In this document: positions 33,148-48,500 of the stretch, piece after piece
Numbering within the stretch: the first letter of the stretch is position 1
How the letters are laid out: each line of letters begins with the position of its first letter
NCBI RefSeq assembly: GCF_000143415.4
Contig: NW_003314317.1
Coordinates: 434,001 to 498,000 of the forward strand
Reading direction: 5' to 3'
Length of the DNA stretch: 64,000 nucleotides
From: Selaginella moellendorffii
Taxonomy: Eukaryota; Plantae; Lycopodiophyta
Made by a program: the position numbers and the translations under genes
The notes under the pieces: generated by a model
Database searches by the model: none
What the model saw: the letters and a program-made list of their open reading frames with translations, nothing else
What the model was told of the DNA's origin: nothing

Positions 33148-35481
33148 TTAATATTATGATCTAACGCAAAAAAACAAAGATCTAGTCTCTCTAGATAATA
33201 TTACACTTCCTTTTGAGGTTCCTCACTAACCAACAACCCTTAAGCTACCTCAAAAGCTCCACTATGCTGCCGCTCCACTATGAGCCCTAGAGTAGGTTAA
33301 ATTTCTTACCCTAACATGGCTTAATATACCCTTGAGCTTCCCTTTGACTAATATTGACCATGTGGTCAAAACTGGTGCCTAACAATTCTTCCCCCCCAAC
33401 CAAGTTGTCCAAAGGACGAGTTGTACCAATCACCACACTTTCTGGGGAATCTTGCTCAAGCTCTTGATTCATCTTCCATAGCATTATACATCAAAGAGGC
33501 ATTGGGCTCATCACTTTGAAATAATACACTTTTTAACTAGTTGACATAAAATGTTGGGTGAATTTTCACCCCAATTGCCAATTGCATCTGATAAGCCATC
33601 TTATTAATGCACTCTAACATTGCATATAAACTAGTATATTGATGAGAAAGTTTCTCATTCTTCCCATTCTACAAAGGCACCAAAGTGTTCTACCGCTCAC
33701 TTGATGGAAAGATCATTCGCACAAAGATAAGATCACCCATCTTATATTTCTGGAATTGTTTGCCCATTCATCTAAGGATAATCTCCACTTGAGAGTTTCA
33801 AAGTCACTTATATAACCTTTATAAAGCTTTTTTAAAATCCTAAACTTTGAATCTCGATCACTAATGATGTCCTCCAGTAAACCAAAGTCAGAACAAAATC
33901 TTTTCTAAGTAGACCACAGCCAATTGTGAGGCAATGACAATCTTTTGAAGAGTAATCTTTTTGAACAACTGTATATACTTTATCAATTAATCCACTATAA
34001 CCCATATTTACTCCTTTTACTTTTGTGTTTATAGCAAATAAGTGATGAAGTCTATAGAGAAACTACACCAATGGCTTTGAGGAATAGGTAAAAGTTGCAA
34101 AAGTCCTTCAATTTCTCTTGTGGCACCTTAACTCATTGATAGAGCTCGTATGATTTATAATACTCAAGGATATCAACCCTTATATTCCTCCAATAAAAAT
34201 TGCACTTAATCAACTTATATGTCTTCTTCCCCCAAAATGACCGGCTTTTGGATGATCATGATAATGGAATAAAACTTAAGTAATTAATGCATCCACTTAT
34301 GGTAAATATACACAGCCATTGTAGTAAAAAGTCCTATTTACCAATGAGAAAAGTGCTTTTATCTGGGCTCGTAAAGAAATCACCTTAGCATCTTAAGCTT
34401 GAGCATGTTCAACCAACTACTTAAACTTGCTGACTACTTTACTCTAATGATGATAAAATTGTGTTTGTAATGCCGTCACATGACAAACACGAGATAAAGC
34501 ATCTGCCACCACATTCAATTTTTTTGGACAATGCTCAATAGAAAACTCTCCAAACTCCATGAGTTTGACCATTGAACAAACTTGCCTAGTGTTCAACTCC
34601 TTTTGTGTAAAAAGATACATAAGAGGTTTATGATCCATCAACACCATGAACACTATATCATAAAAATAATGTTGCCATGTATGTAAATCATAAACAATAG
34701 AGAGTAACTCTTACTTATATGTGGAATAGTATTGCTCCACAAGATTTAAAGTGTGACTCTCATATGTAATAGGATATCCCTTTTGCATAAGAACTCCTCC
34801 TAGTGTATAACCACTTGCATTGTATATCATTTCGTAAGATTTTGATGGATCAACAATACAAAGCACTGGAGCCTTGCTTAATAATTGTTTCAATGCTATA
34901 AAACTCTCCTCATGTAGCTTCTTCCACTCAAATAGCATGTTCTTATATAAAAACCATGTCATAGGAATAACCACCTCCACAAACTTATGCTAGAAACATC
35001 AGTAGTACCTAGCCATACCAAGGAAATTGCGTAATTCAGCCACTAAAGTGGGTCTCCACCACAGCCACCTTTAGATCCATCTTGACACATTTAGATATCA
35101 TAATATGGCCTAGATATATTTTCTCTTCTTCGCATAAAGTTTACTATCATGTAGTAACAAAAGAACTTTGCGCAAATACACATTATACTCCTTTATATTC
35201 TTGTTAAAAATAAGAATATCATCCAAGAAAATCTCTATAAACTCATGAAGATAACACCTAAATACCTCTGCTATCAACTGAGTAAATGTGGCTGGTGCTT
35301 TCGTCAAACTAAATGGCATAATTGTAAACCCAAAATGCCTGAAGCTCGTGTTGAATGTCGTTTTGGAGATAAATGCATCATCCATTGCAATCTGATGATA
35401 TCCACTTCTCAATTCAATTTTGGTAAACATTCGTGCTTCACCAAACTTGTCTAAGATATCATCCACACACGGCATCGACAT

Positions 35482-38400
35482 CTTAGTCACTTCACCACAC
35501 CTTCGACCACTTGGAGGAATCTCATTCACAACCTCCATAAGTCCAATTCCAAACTTGGGACTTGCTATCCCCGAGAATGGCATCCATGCCACTCAAACTT
35601 TGCACTTGGTCCAAGTGCTCCACATATCCAATCTTATGACCAACACCCCAAGGTACTACCGACATATCAGCTTATTACGCTAAGGCCATGCCCATTCACC
35701 TTGGTCACACCAGTGGTTTAACACCACCAGCATCACAATCCCGTCTCTCAAAGACTGGGCCATCCATCCATGAGTGATCATCCCAAATCCACTCCTTAGC
35801 ATCTTTAGAATGCTTGCAAACATGGGGAATAGCTTTCCCCAATATCCCTTTTCCGGTCCCCACCAAGTCCCTTTCTGTCCATGGTTGTGTTCGCAAACAC
35901 TGCCACTAAATTAAGGCCTACAGGCCCGACCACTAAGTCCTATGGTCCTCTGGGACTTCCTCACCATATGACTATACCCTTGGTCACTACACCAGAGGAT
36001 TGCTCTTCTTCCTTTCCACAGTCCAGGACTTTGGGACAACAATTTGGAACACCATGGCCCTACGCGAGCCTTGTGGGTACTCTCCCCGCCTTCTACCTTT
36101 GGGTGCTCTAGCTATGGGCTTAGAGCAAGGTTCTGTTGAGCCACGCCAGATATCCAAGTAGGTAGTGCCATCCATGCTTGGACTGGGAGCATCGACCATT
36201 TGATCTCCTAGGGGAACTAAAGCCGGCTTTTAAACACTTCACCAAGCTACCCTGCTTGTTGGTTCGTATTCACTCTAGTCTCGGATTTCCCAATGGTCAA
36301 CTCATCACCCAACACTTGGGTACAACCTTCCTAGGCCAAACTAGCTCCACTAGGCTCCAAGCCCCACACTCTCCCTACTATACTTTTGGAACCCCCTGCA
36401 GCCCCCCTCCCCCCCTCCCTGGGGGACAATCGCTTTGGGCTTTCACCCAACAGCGCTTGTATTAGTGTTCAGCCTTAGACTCGGACTCGGACTTGGTCTC
36501 AGTCTTGGATTCAGACTCGGGCTCAGTCTCGGTCTTGGTCTCAGTTCCATCTCGGACTCCATCTCGAACTCCATCTTGGGTCCATCTTGAACTCCATCTC
36601 GGACTCCATCTCAGGTCCATCTTAGACTCCATCTCGGACTCCAGCTTGGACTCCATCTCAAGTCCATCTCAAACTCTATCTCGGACTCCATCTCGGGTCC
36701 ATCTCGGACTCCATCTCGGTCCATCTCAGACTCCATCTCGGGTCCATCTTAGACTCTTCCACGTGTCATGTGTTGGTCCTTTTGTGTCCCTTTTCTAGAG
36801 ACTCACTTATTGCTCGCTTCATGCTTGTTCCTCAAGCACTTCGTTGGGAGTTCCACTCTTGCTCTCAACTTTTTAAGTCGGAGCCTTTAGTCCAAACATG
36901 TTACGCTCGTTTAGCTTTTGCTTTAGCCATTACCACGTGGCATCCTTTCGGCTCCACTTCGGGGCTTAGGGATTTGTGTCTCACAACTCCACCACCCATA
37001 GACGAAGTTCGATGTTCTCATTGAACGATAAACTATTTTATAAAGTAATACTAGCATGTATTACCCTTTCCATCCTTAGCACCTAGCTAATATTTGTCAA
37101 TGGTTTGACATCGAAGGCTCGCTATGCCTTGTCCATCCTCTAAGGAGTATAGGCTCTTCAACTTAGAAACTCATTCGACCATTTGTGGTGGTTCTCTCCT
37201 TTTATTGATTTAGTTTTCGTTAAATTTGTTAGAGAGACTTTCTCTATCTCAATTCCACTACTCATTCTCGAGTAGTCTTAGTTCCTATTGATATAACCTT
37301 TGCACTTTAGAACTTTTAATTTGACTTTTCAAAGTCAATTTCCTAGGTGTTTCTGACACTTTGTATTGCATATATTGTGCAAATGCCACTTTCCCCTCCT
37401 AAGAAGTTCTTTACTTCAAGACACCATCATCCTCTTTTCTATCTTTTGCCCTCTTTGGCACTAAGTTCCAGTTATTATAATTTTGCTAGGGCTATTCAAG
37501 GCTCTATCATTTGGCTACTTTGCCGCTCCCTGCCTTAGAGGTTTCACTTCGCCAAATTGGAACACTTAAGAATCCATCATTGGAAGCACACTTCCTTTCC
37601 CACAATTCGTTAACTTCCAACACATTAGTGTTCTCGGCTAACTTTGCCATTTGAATTCTTTCCAATGAATCCTATAGCCCAAATTTGGCCACTAGTCTTT
37701 TGCTCTTATCTGTTGATTGTTGCACCAAGCAACATAAGCTCACTACCTCAATCCTTGAGGTATTCTTTCAGTTCTATAGCAAATACTCCACTTTACCAAG
37801 TCCAAAGGGTGCTCACCCTTAGTAAGTTTTTTTAGCATTCTTTACTATGGGCTCTATTCATAGCCCAAATTTGTGACCCTTTCATGGGTCTTTACTAGAG
37901 ACTACTTCCTTGGACTTACTATACCATTGCATTGACACCACTGATTTCGTTTTTTGGTGTTTTTCCCCACTTGGTCACTTTGACTAAGTCATACCATTAC
38001 CAACAGTTCAAATCACCACTTTGAACTAGGAATCTTATTCCTTAACCAAATAGAAACCTTGCCTTTATTTAGCCACAAGATCACCTAGTGATCTCACCTT
38101 GGTCATCTTAATAGATTTGCCAATAGGTACTAGATCTTTTAGACCTTTAACTTGTTAACCATGACCCCGGCCTACACTTGGTGGTGCACCCAAGCTAGCC
38201 CTTCCGGCCAAGGGTCCATAGCAACTGAGATTGGGTGTCCCCATTTCATTCACCACATCCTTGGTGCCACTTGCACCAAAGTGTTCAAGTTAGATATGCC
38301 AAGCCACACTAAGCAATATAAGTGTGCATCACGACTTTGGGGCATCCCTCACTTGACAGTGTGCCCAAGTTAATTTCCTTATTAAGAGTTCATGACCATC

Positions 38401-41400
38401 GAAAAATGAATGTCTTCATACTATCACCCTGCCCTAGTGAGTTGGGACTTCAACCCAAGCACTAGAGGGTTGGGATTCAAACCCAACCTCTGTATATGCA
38501 TCTACGGATGGCATCACCTAGGATGCCTAGCGTGACTCCCCATGTCGGTGCACCAACTTATGCTTAAAGTGCGCTACAGATCATAGCTTAGGAACCTAGT
38601 TCCTTCGCATTGTCAAGTCCTCTCACTTGACAAGTCTGTGATCATCCATGGACTCCTCCATACTTAGCCCTATAAGCCACCCCTTTTTGAAGTTAGCACC
38701 TCTAACTAGGGGATTTGTTCCGTTGACTTGCTAATCTCACTTAGTAAGTCATCCGACTAACGAAACACTTGACCATCAACTTTCGTTCAAAGCCATCCTT
38801 TTGAACACTCGGGAACTACTTCCTTAACCTTGATAGCATTGCCTTATGGCAAGCTTTAAGACCACACTTCTGTTGCGCTACTCTGATTTCACACGTTCTA
38901 TAAACCATTTACACTTGGCTTTCTAGGTATTAAGCCACCTAGAATTATCTTTGGGAACCTTGAAGGAATTCTGTCCCTTAGCTTGCTAAGGTGTCTCCTT
39001 TCGCAAGCTTTCTAATTGCCATATAGTCTAATATGGACAATTCCATTCTTTAGACTTTCATGGCATCACAATTATTAGTAACAACATGCTTGAGCGCCCA
39101 TTTGATTTTCCACTTTTAATTGGCATAACCACCCTTGGTTATGCTCTTCGATTTCTATGGTTTTGTTCTATCCTCTTACTACTTGTTTTTGGCTTTACAT
39201 ATTTCCTTCGGTTATTCACCTCTAGATTAGGAGGATAGTTTTGCACTTTTTACTATGTCTTAGCAAATATTCTTAGGGATGAACTTACCCAATAGCCTAG
39301 GGAGTGGTTCCTCCATCCGAGTATGCTCACCTTATAATCCCACATACGGGGATTAACGTTGCTATTTATAGGCCTTTATATGCCTTTATATACCTATCAC
39401 TAGCTTTGCCAAAATTCCATTTTTGGCTTTGTCCCATTTCGGGTAGATAGTCTTCTCCCGTCTCCGCAACCTTGGACATTTGGATAACATCTTTTATACA
39501 TCATTTGCTAAGGATTTAGTTCTTTGGGCCTTATCTATTGCCCTTGTGACACCAAACACCACCTCTTGGTGTTCTAGAGTGTTTGGGTGTCTCAATGATG
39601 GTCTCTTTGACAATAAACATTCCCTTTTACAACATTGACTTACTATATTGCAATATAAGCAATTTATCCCCCATAAGGGTATGTTTAATTTCCTTATGCC
39701 ATTAAAAAGTCTTAGATAGCTACCTTCTATTAGTTTAACCAATTATTTTGCACATTTTGCTTAGTTGCCTCATAGTTATCAAGTCTTACAACTCATTGCT
39801 CGTGCTTCCACACCTTCATCATTATTTAGGTCACCCCACTCCAACGCATGCCTTTTAGCTTAGACTATGCCATTCCCATTTCTATTAGGATTCTTTCTTA
39901 TGAACCTATTAACTTCACCTTAAGGCATCATGCATCGGCATATTCGGTGTCTTCACACTATTGGCTCCATGAGTCTACCTTTATGACACTTCTTTCTCAT
40001 GTCTAGGTCCTTGCCAAGACTGATACAGTTCTTTCTCATACCAACTATTTGTTAGCACTGCACTATAGAGTTTACATACAACTTTGTGTCAAAGTTGCTT
40101 TCTTTTGGGAACACCTTTCTCACAACTTTAGTATGACACATTCTGCCATCAATGAGATACCCACGGTTCTCATACTTAGATCGTATAATCCTCCCCATCC
40201 TTCGTGGGGTATAAGACACCTCAGCTCAAATGCTTCCACCAGTCCTTTAGGACCATTTCTTGACTCCACTCGAGTCATCTAGCTTTCTGGACTTCATTAA
40301 TTGATGATTTATAAGGTCCAATTTTTGAGGTGACAACTCGTTAGAATACAACTTCTTGTATTCATTTCCTACCTATAAAGACCATTCATGTAAGTGTTAC
40401 TCTAACACTTGATTATTTTTCATTCTTTATAGGCTACATTTTGCCCTTTAGGACTATCCGTACATATGATGAGAATACCGGCTCATCCTCTGAGCACACC
40501 CCTAACTCCTTGGGTTTGTTCCAACATTTATAAAAAGTAGCTCCACCTACCATTTTAAGGACTCGTGTCCTCATTTATATTTGGCCTTTCACAGTCATTA
40601 ATTTCGGTCTCAAATTCATGAGCACCAGCCTCAATTATATGAGGATAATCATGTGACTCCTTTATTGTTTTAGAGTTTCTATTTTTCCCGTGATCCTAAC
40701 TATAGTTGTTTATCACAATTACATTAGCTAGTTTGCTAAGTTAAATGTTCATTTGGATCACATCCTCAACTCTTTGAGGAAAACTTTATACTATTCCCAA
40801 GATCCCAAAGTAGTTCCATTATTGGCCCTTTTCTATCCACCACCTTGCTTACAAGTTCACACATAAACTGTAATGGATATCTGTGTCTTCCTGACTTGCT
40901 ACTCCCCAAGGATAGGCCCACTCCTAGGACCTTCCAATGCCAACACCAGTGGTGATATATTTAGGCACCAATAAAAGTTGGACTAAGGAATAACTCTGAT
41001 ACCAAATTGTAAATGACTAATTTTTCCATTCTACTTTAGTCAGTTAACCATACCTCCGACCACTTGGAGGAGTCTCATTCACAACCTCCATAAGTCCAAT
41101 TCCAAACTTGGGGCTTGTTATCCTCGAGAATGGCATCCATGCCACTCAACCTTTGCATTGGTTCAAGTGCTCCATGTGTCCGATCTCATGACCGACACCC
41201 CAAGGTACCACTGACATATTAACCCGTTACGCTAAGGCCATACCCATTCACCTTAGTCATACTGGTGGTCTAACACAACCGGCATCACAGTCCCGTCTTT
41301 CAAAGACTGGGCCATCCATCCATGAGTGATCATCCCAAATCCACTCCTTAACATCCTTAGGATGCTCGTAGACACGGGGAATAGCCTTCCCCAATATCCC

Positions 41401-42210
41401 TTTTCTGGTCCCCACCAAGTCCCTTTCTGTCCATGGCCGTGTTTGCAAACATTGCCACTGGATCAAGGCCCATAAGCCCGACCACTAAGTCTCACGGTCC
41501 TTTGGGACTTCCTCACCATATGACTGTACCCTTGGTCACTACACCAGAGGATTGCTCCTCTTCCTTTCCACAGTCTAGGACTTTGGGACAACGATTCGGA
41601 ACACTGTGGCCCTATGCGAGCCTCGTGGGTACTCTCCCTGCCTTTTGCCTTTGGGTGCTCTAGCCATGGGCTTAGAGTGAGGTTTTGTTGAGCCACACCA
41701 GATATCCAAGTAGGTAGTGCCACCCATGCTTGGATTGGGAGCATCGACCATTTGATCTCCCGGGGGAATTAAAGGCAGCTTTTGAACACTTCACCAAGCT
41801 ACCCCGCTTGTCGGTTAATATTCACTATAGTCTTGGACTTCCTAGTGGTAAACTCATCACCCAACACTTGGGTATAGCCTTCTTGGGCCAAACTGGTCTT
41901 TCCTGGCGAAACTGGCTCCATTGGGCTCCAACCCCCACCCAACCCCCACACTCTCCCTACTATACCTTTGGAACCCCTCACAGCCCCCCCCCCCCCCCTT
42001 TCTGTCTGGGGGACAATCGCTTTAGGCTTTCACCCATTAGTATTCGAACTCAGACTCAAACTCAAACTTGGACTTGGACCTAGTCTTGGTCTCGGATTCG
42101 GATTCGGACCCGGTCCCGGTCTTGGTTTCGGGCTCGGTTCCATCTCGGTCGGTTCCATCTCAAACTCCATCTTGGACTCCATCCCGGGGCCATCTCAAAC
42201 TCCATCTTGG
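35482..42210 (-). mobile_element. Nested LTR element with ~1.5-kb LTRs (35482-36985; 41008-gap) and a degenerate ~4-kb interior (LARD-like)
   Basis: 35.5-36.6 kb is repeated at 41.04-42.2 kb; PBS TGGTATCAGAG (40994-41004) and purine-rich PPT (36986-36997) on the minus strand; interrupts the host RT. Confidence 0.8.
36470..36760. repeat. 6/12-bp minisatellite (GGACTC / GGACTCCATCTC)n inside the LTR; second copy 42050-42210
   Basis: Many degenerate GGACTCCATCTC units read directly. Confidence 0.85.
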
Positions 42211-42310
42211 NNNNNNNNNNNNNNNNNNNNNNNNNNNNNNNNNNNNNNNNNNNNNNNNNNNNNNNNNNNNNNNNNNNNNNNNNNNNNNNNNNNNNNNNNN
42301 NNNNNNNNNN
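42211..42310. other. Assembly gap (100 N)
   Basis: Run of N next to the minisatellite. Confidence 1.
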
Positions 42311-42508
42311 TGCTTTATCATTGAACTTCTTCATATTGGCTAGCCAAGCTAGACATCGTCCACACCACCATCATTGAAAAAGGTTAGAATCTTGAGTTGA
42401 TTTTGGAGCACCACCACATTCAGCCTCAAGTGCCTTAATATACTTATGCATGGTATCGATCATGCCATGCATTTCGTCTTGCATCTCTTGTGGATTTTGA
42501 TTAAGGGA

Positions 42509-45500
42509 TATCGTAAATGTGACTTTAGGTATCAAAAGTTACCTGTCGGCTAGTCCTTATAGACACTCTTTCCTTACTCCCATGACGGCAAGGGGTCGGT
42601 ATTGCTAATTCCTTTTATCAGCCCCTTTTGTTCAAATGTTAGTTTATTGGGCTTAACATCTGTACTTAGCCAATGGACATAAGGTAAGAACTTCTATCTG
42701 TTTTTAGCTGAGCATATTCGGCCTGGCTCTTAATTCTCTTTTGCTCTGTTTTGCATTGGCTTGACAAGAACCCTCGCGTATTGAGATTAGTCCCTCAATA
42801 TCGCTAGATGATAGCTTACCGTGTTTGCCAAACACCCTCGCTATCATGGTCTTTGTCCTGAACATAATGGTGTTCGTCCCGTGTCTAAATTCGCAATCTA
42901 GGGACATTCTATATTTAATAAGTTTCGAGCTTGTCTCAGAGACTAACTCCTGATACTAAAGGAGGCTTGGGGTAAAGGCCCAAAGCATGTGTTCCTCAAG
43001 GGGGGGGGGGGGGGGGGGGAGCTGTAGGGGGTTCCAAATGTATAGTAGGGATAGTAGGTATGTCGGGCATGGGTGACCAACTTTAAGCATATTCTAGCTC
43101 TCGCTTGCATGCCTGTCCTTGTTCTACATAAGGTTTGGGTCTAAGCTCAAGTTCCACACCATGCTAGCTAGTAGAGTACCCATGTCCTTGCATTAAGCCA
43201 CCAGTATGCCGAAATAGCACCAAATTCCGTTCGGCTCCATTTTACGTGTTGGTCATAGCATTGGGATGCTGGTTGCTCTAGGACTATTCCAAGTTGCTTC
43301 GGGCTCCTGTCCCTTTGCTCCCTAAGCTGTATGCTCAAGAGCTGCTCCATGGTTCGGTTTTACCACTCCTTGGCTCCATGCTTGGGAGTTTGGCACCGTT
43401 CCTTTGTTTAGTGGCCCAAGGCCCTGAAACTTGGGTTCCACACCACTGTCCTTTGGACACGTGGCATATAACATGTGGCACATGGAGGTTTTAAGTTCTG
43501 CTTTGTGGTTATCTTATGGTAAATCACCATAGGATAATGGGTAAAAACCATGTGCGCTACATTTGGTATCAAGGATGAGCCTCGGCGAGTACTATCTAAT
43601 GAGATTGGGCAATTAGTCTCGTTGCATATGCAGAGATGAAAACAATGATCCGAGTGGGTACACATTTGGATGCTAAGACTTCGCATTGGTTCCTTGGATA
43701 TAGTTTTGGTTACCTTTTGTACCTAATAATGTGAGCTTGCTCTTGGGCTCATAAGATGGATTGAGGTGTTCTGTTTGCACGAGTTTGCACTTGGGCTCGT
43801 GAGTGAGACACATTAGCAACTCAAGGTTATGCTTGAGTTGGCAGGATTAATGTTAGCCTATAGGTGGTTCCATGAATTATTCCATGTACTGTAGGAGAAA
43901 GTAAATCTTCCCTGGGTTTGTTATGAGTGGCAAATAAGTTGGTCCATAGCTATTTAGCATGGCACTAGTGGATCCTTCCTAGGCATGATTATAAGTGGAT
44001 CAATCAAGATTGTAGGGATAAGTCTATTGGTTCCAGTAATTATTGCCGTGCTCTCTCATAAACTTTTCTTAAATTAGACTGAAGGTAGTGCGAAAGCAAG
44101 CTTGAGGTTTAGTCAAAGATGAGACCGAAAAGAGAGTTATCAGGGACAAAGGGTCATACACGGAAATCATTTTCTCTTCTTGGAGAGATGATTTGCAATA
44201 AAGTGTTAACTCATTGCTCATATTCACATTATGTAATCAAGAGTCTTTATTTTGATGCATGTTAGAAATGATGGTCTAATGGTGAGTTGTGAGATGGATA
44301 GTGGTGAAGTGCTATACCATTTTGTTTAAGCTTGTTATTAAAGACTTAAGTTATAATGCTCAATTCTTTTCCGAGAACCTTGCTATTGCTCTTTGAGTAG
44401 CTTGGTGTTGAATAGTTTTGAGTTTGGTCAGAAAGAAAGTGGCATGAGCTTGTTCGTGTTATGAACAAAAGTTAGTGGTGTTAAGTGTTGTAAGTCTTTA
44501 TTGGTGGGGTGTGATATTTATGTTGTATTTTGTCAAATCGAGTTGACACTTGATAATCACATAAACCTTTGTAGCAGTGATATGAGCATTACTTATGGTG
44601 TTGCTCAATTAATGATGAAGTCATTATGATTTTATATCATATCCATGTGATAATGAGTAATGTGTTTACAAAGTTGCTTGGTTAAACGATGATTAACCCC
44701 AAAGTGGTTGATGGTGAAGCTAGTCTACTTGCATGAAGTAACATTGTAATAGCTTTGACTGGGTTCTTGATGGTGGTCCATTATACTAAACTTAAGTTAG
44801 TTCCTTGTTCCTTGAAGGGTTTGCCCATAATGTGTTGGAAAGAGTTATAACATTCACTTGCTATGGCTTGTTAGTTTATCTATTAACACTTGGAGTAGAT
44901 TGTTGGATGGAGAAAATGTGTAGTTGAGACATTAACATCACTAGCACTTGTGTTAGTGAAAGTGGCATAGTTATTTTGAATGATGAGGAATTTTCCTTAG
45001 ACCTTGATATTTCATATCATTTTTCTTGTTAGTGTTTTTAGCTTCACATTGGATTTTGAAGGTGGTTGAAGAAGAGTGTTAGTGCAATGTGGATATCCGA
45101 AGATATGGTCTTTGTGATCAAGCCTTGGATGTTCATTTTGCATTTCTATCGATATTGATGTTGGATGTCGGAAGTATGGGCAAAAAAATGTTCAAGGCTA
45201 AAACATACTATGGGTCATAAGAATTTATATTGAGGTGAACCTATGTGAAGTTGTTACTGGGAGGAAGTTAGTTGAGTCTTAAAAGTTGTATTCCTAGACT
45301 GAGAGTTATTCTTTCTCTAAGATGGAAAATTTTCCACAAATTTTCTTAGGGTTTTCCAATGGCTAATTTGTTGATCACTTTGTTCAGAAACCATTCCGTT
45401 TTTATAAGCCAATACAAACTAGTGAAAGGGGTGAAGTTGACTTCAGTTAACTTAGACCTTAGTAGGTAGTTTGTATGATGCGGCCGGAAAAGATACTAAC

Positions 45501-48500
45501 TTTTGGGGCTAAAAGTAATTGAGTTGGATAGAGTCTAAAGTTGGTGTAACAAAGTGGCCATTATACTTTTCTAAAAAAGGTGACCCTTGTACTTTTCTTT
45601 TGTAGCATTGTGTTTGGTGGTAGATTGCACTTTGCATTTCGTTAGAGTTTATGAGAGTAGTAAGCTCTCACTGACCTTGACTTGGTCTTGATAGTCTTGT
45701 GCCTTGGCTGAGGATAGTGATGTTCAACTTAGTTGTTTAAGGTTGAAATGTTGTTACCTGTACTATAGCTTTTTCTATGAGGAGGTTGTGTACCAATATG
45801 AGTCCATCTCATGGTCTTCACTTTAGTTTCAACTAAGCGTTGGTCATGCATAGTTAGCCTCTTCAAGGCATGCTCAGAACTGTTGATTAAATGCATTAGT
45901 GAACTTATTGCAGTTGAGTTAGATTTGAATGGTCATTTAGTTTATGCTTATCCATGAACCTTTATCTTGTGCCTAGGGTATTATTTTCATATTGGACAAG
46001 TATATGACTTGATGGTGTGAGTTCAGTGTTTGGTTCTTGTGAAGGTAAGTTGAAGAATGATTGTTAGTTGCTTTGCGACTAGTGATTGCTTATAGACCTC
46101 ATTGAGGACTATTGACATTTGCTTCGCTCGATGGTGATTTAGTAGTGCTGAGTTTGCTTTACTGGATAGTGTTGTGGAGGATCATATTGTTAGATTTATA
46201 TGGGTTTTCCATGTTGGCATGTCAACTCTACCTCTGTTGATATCATTTGGTTGCATTTATTTCGTAGTGTTGGATTTCATTGAGTCTTGGATGTGGTGAT
46301 TCACTCTTTAAGGAAGTGTTAATTGTAATTGAGTTTTGCTGAAGGATTGTTCTCAGATACTGATTAAGGTATCTTGGACTTTGGTTAGCTTAGTTGCTAG
46401 AGAGTTGTGAGTGGTGATTCACTCATTTTTTCTTTTAACTTTGTTCTAGTGTTAATGGCATTAAAGTGATGCCCTGTCGTTGACACTATTAATATTAAGA
46501 CTCGAGTGAAATGAGATGTCTTTCCATAAGATTGATATTAAATTTCATTAGTTTTAATGATTTGGTTGTAGCTTTATGTTATTAGCATTCATGCATTTGT
46601 TAGTTAGCAACTATATTGAGGCTCAAACAAATTGAGTGGCAAGTTTGAGTTAGTTGTATTTTAGACAAGATTGCTTAATCAAGGTTGAGTTTTAAGCTTT
46701 CCCTTGAAAAGTGATTTAGTCATGGACTATGCTAACTTTACGAGAGGGAGAGTTAGTGATTAATATTAGAATATTTGAATCCTTGTTGGATTTGAATTGG
46801 GATATATCGATCATTAATGATTCTTTTTGTGCTTGCTATGAAGTGAGTTACGTCTTGTTATAAATGGATTCATGGAGGATTAGTTTGGTAATCACTTGTT
46901 GAGCAGAACTCCATTGTGTTTAGCTTTTGGATTGATGCAGATATGCTCTTCATTAGCTTTGGCATTATGCCATGATTTCTTCTTTAGCATTGAACTTAGT
47001 TCATACGAGACTTGTGATTATTATTAAGCAAGACTTAATTATAGGCTTCTTCAAGCTTTTGGTTCCTTGAGTTTTCATGCTTGTGGTCCATTTGTTAGAA
47101 GTTATTGGGGAAGGCAATTTTAGCTCATTAGCTTCAATGTCAAAGTTGGCTTTTGCATCTAGCAATCATTGGTGATGATTGACTATCATCTAGGATAGTT
47201 GATTATCCTTGTCATAGGTTTTGCTTGATTATTGTTGATCTAGAATGACTCGTTGTTCTTTGGGATGGTGGATTTCTTCTTTGACGATGATTGTGCATCT
47301 CTCTTTTTGATAGGATGATCGATGACCTTTCATGATAGTTAATTATTCTCTTTGATAACTTTTGGCTTTTCGCAATACCACATGTTTTTTGTGGTTTGCT
47401 TTGGATTGGTCTCTTAGGTTTAAGACATCAAGTAAGATGTTGCTAACATTTGCTTGAGCAACTCTGGTTCCTTGGTATTGTTGATTGGGATTTATTCAGA
47501 TTGGCTAATGTGATAGTTAGTAGGAATGAGTGTTTATTAATTTTACTGCATTCATTCTATTCTATTGATTGTTGCTCGAGTTAGCTTTGATAGATTAGGA
47601 TTTCCTTCAAGTAATACATTCATGAGTATTTTGCTTGCTAGTCAATAATACTTTGTGTTCTTTGAGTTGTCATTCATAAGTTGTTTGGCATACTATTTGC
47701 AATCTTTGGTAGTTAAATTTTATCATTAAGTTTCCTTGATGATACACTAGCTATTGAATTTTGTTTAATGGTGAATTTTATGTTTTCCAAACATGATGAT
47801 CTTGGTGGTTCTTATACTCTAATACTAGTTTTATCCGTCTATTGATCTTTGAATTTGGGCCAATATAGCTTCGGCACTTCGTGTGCATGGTGAAATCTTT
47901 AGTCATGGGGTAGCTACTATCGATTGGTCACATCACCTGCCTTTTTGTTGATGTGCCTTATTCCATTAAAAAGGGCGTGACTATGTAAACAACTCTAATT
48001 GCCTATTTATAGTAATCTATCTAAACCTTACTAACGGGTTTGGTTTCTTTGCTCAGGAGGGTTGGGGCCTTTAGCTTCTTTCTCTATATCTCTGCAGGTA
48101 GGGGCATATCACACTTTTGTAAGCTAGGTGACACCCAGAGCAGCAAGGGTGGTCATTTCCTTGTCGGCGACGGCCGGAAGGTGTCTAAGTTGGTAGTGCA
48201 TCCACGTTAGACAAAGAGGTTACTCTAACTCATTTAAATTGGTGCATTTCTCACATAATGTGAATACCATGAACTTTTTTTGGAGTTGTTTCCTTGGCAG
48301 TATTCTAGACTGGAGTATGCATTAACGAGGACGTCGATCTTCCCTAGGGGGGGAGAGTGTCACGAATATGACTTCAGGTATTGAAAGTTACCTATCAGCC
48401 AATCCTTACGGACACTCTTTTTCTTACTACTATGATGGCAAGAGGTCGGTATTGCTGGTTCTTTTTATTAACCCCTCTTGTTCAAGTGTTAATTTATTGA

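Noticed and set aside
36470-36760. CRISPR-like array
   Set aside because: Contiguous 6/12-bp units with no unique spacers, inside a plant LTR.
35705-43686. Short ORFs repeated at 35.7-36.5 kb and 41.2-42.1 kb, and at 42.7-43.7, 48.7-49.4 and 60.6 kb
   Set aside because: Their recurrence is explained by LTR duplication, not by protein-coding function.
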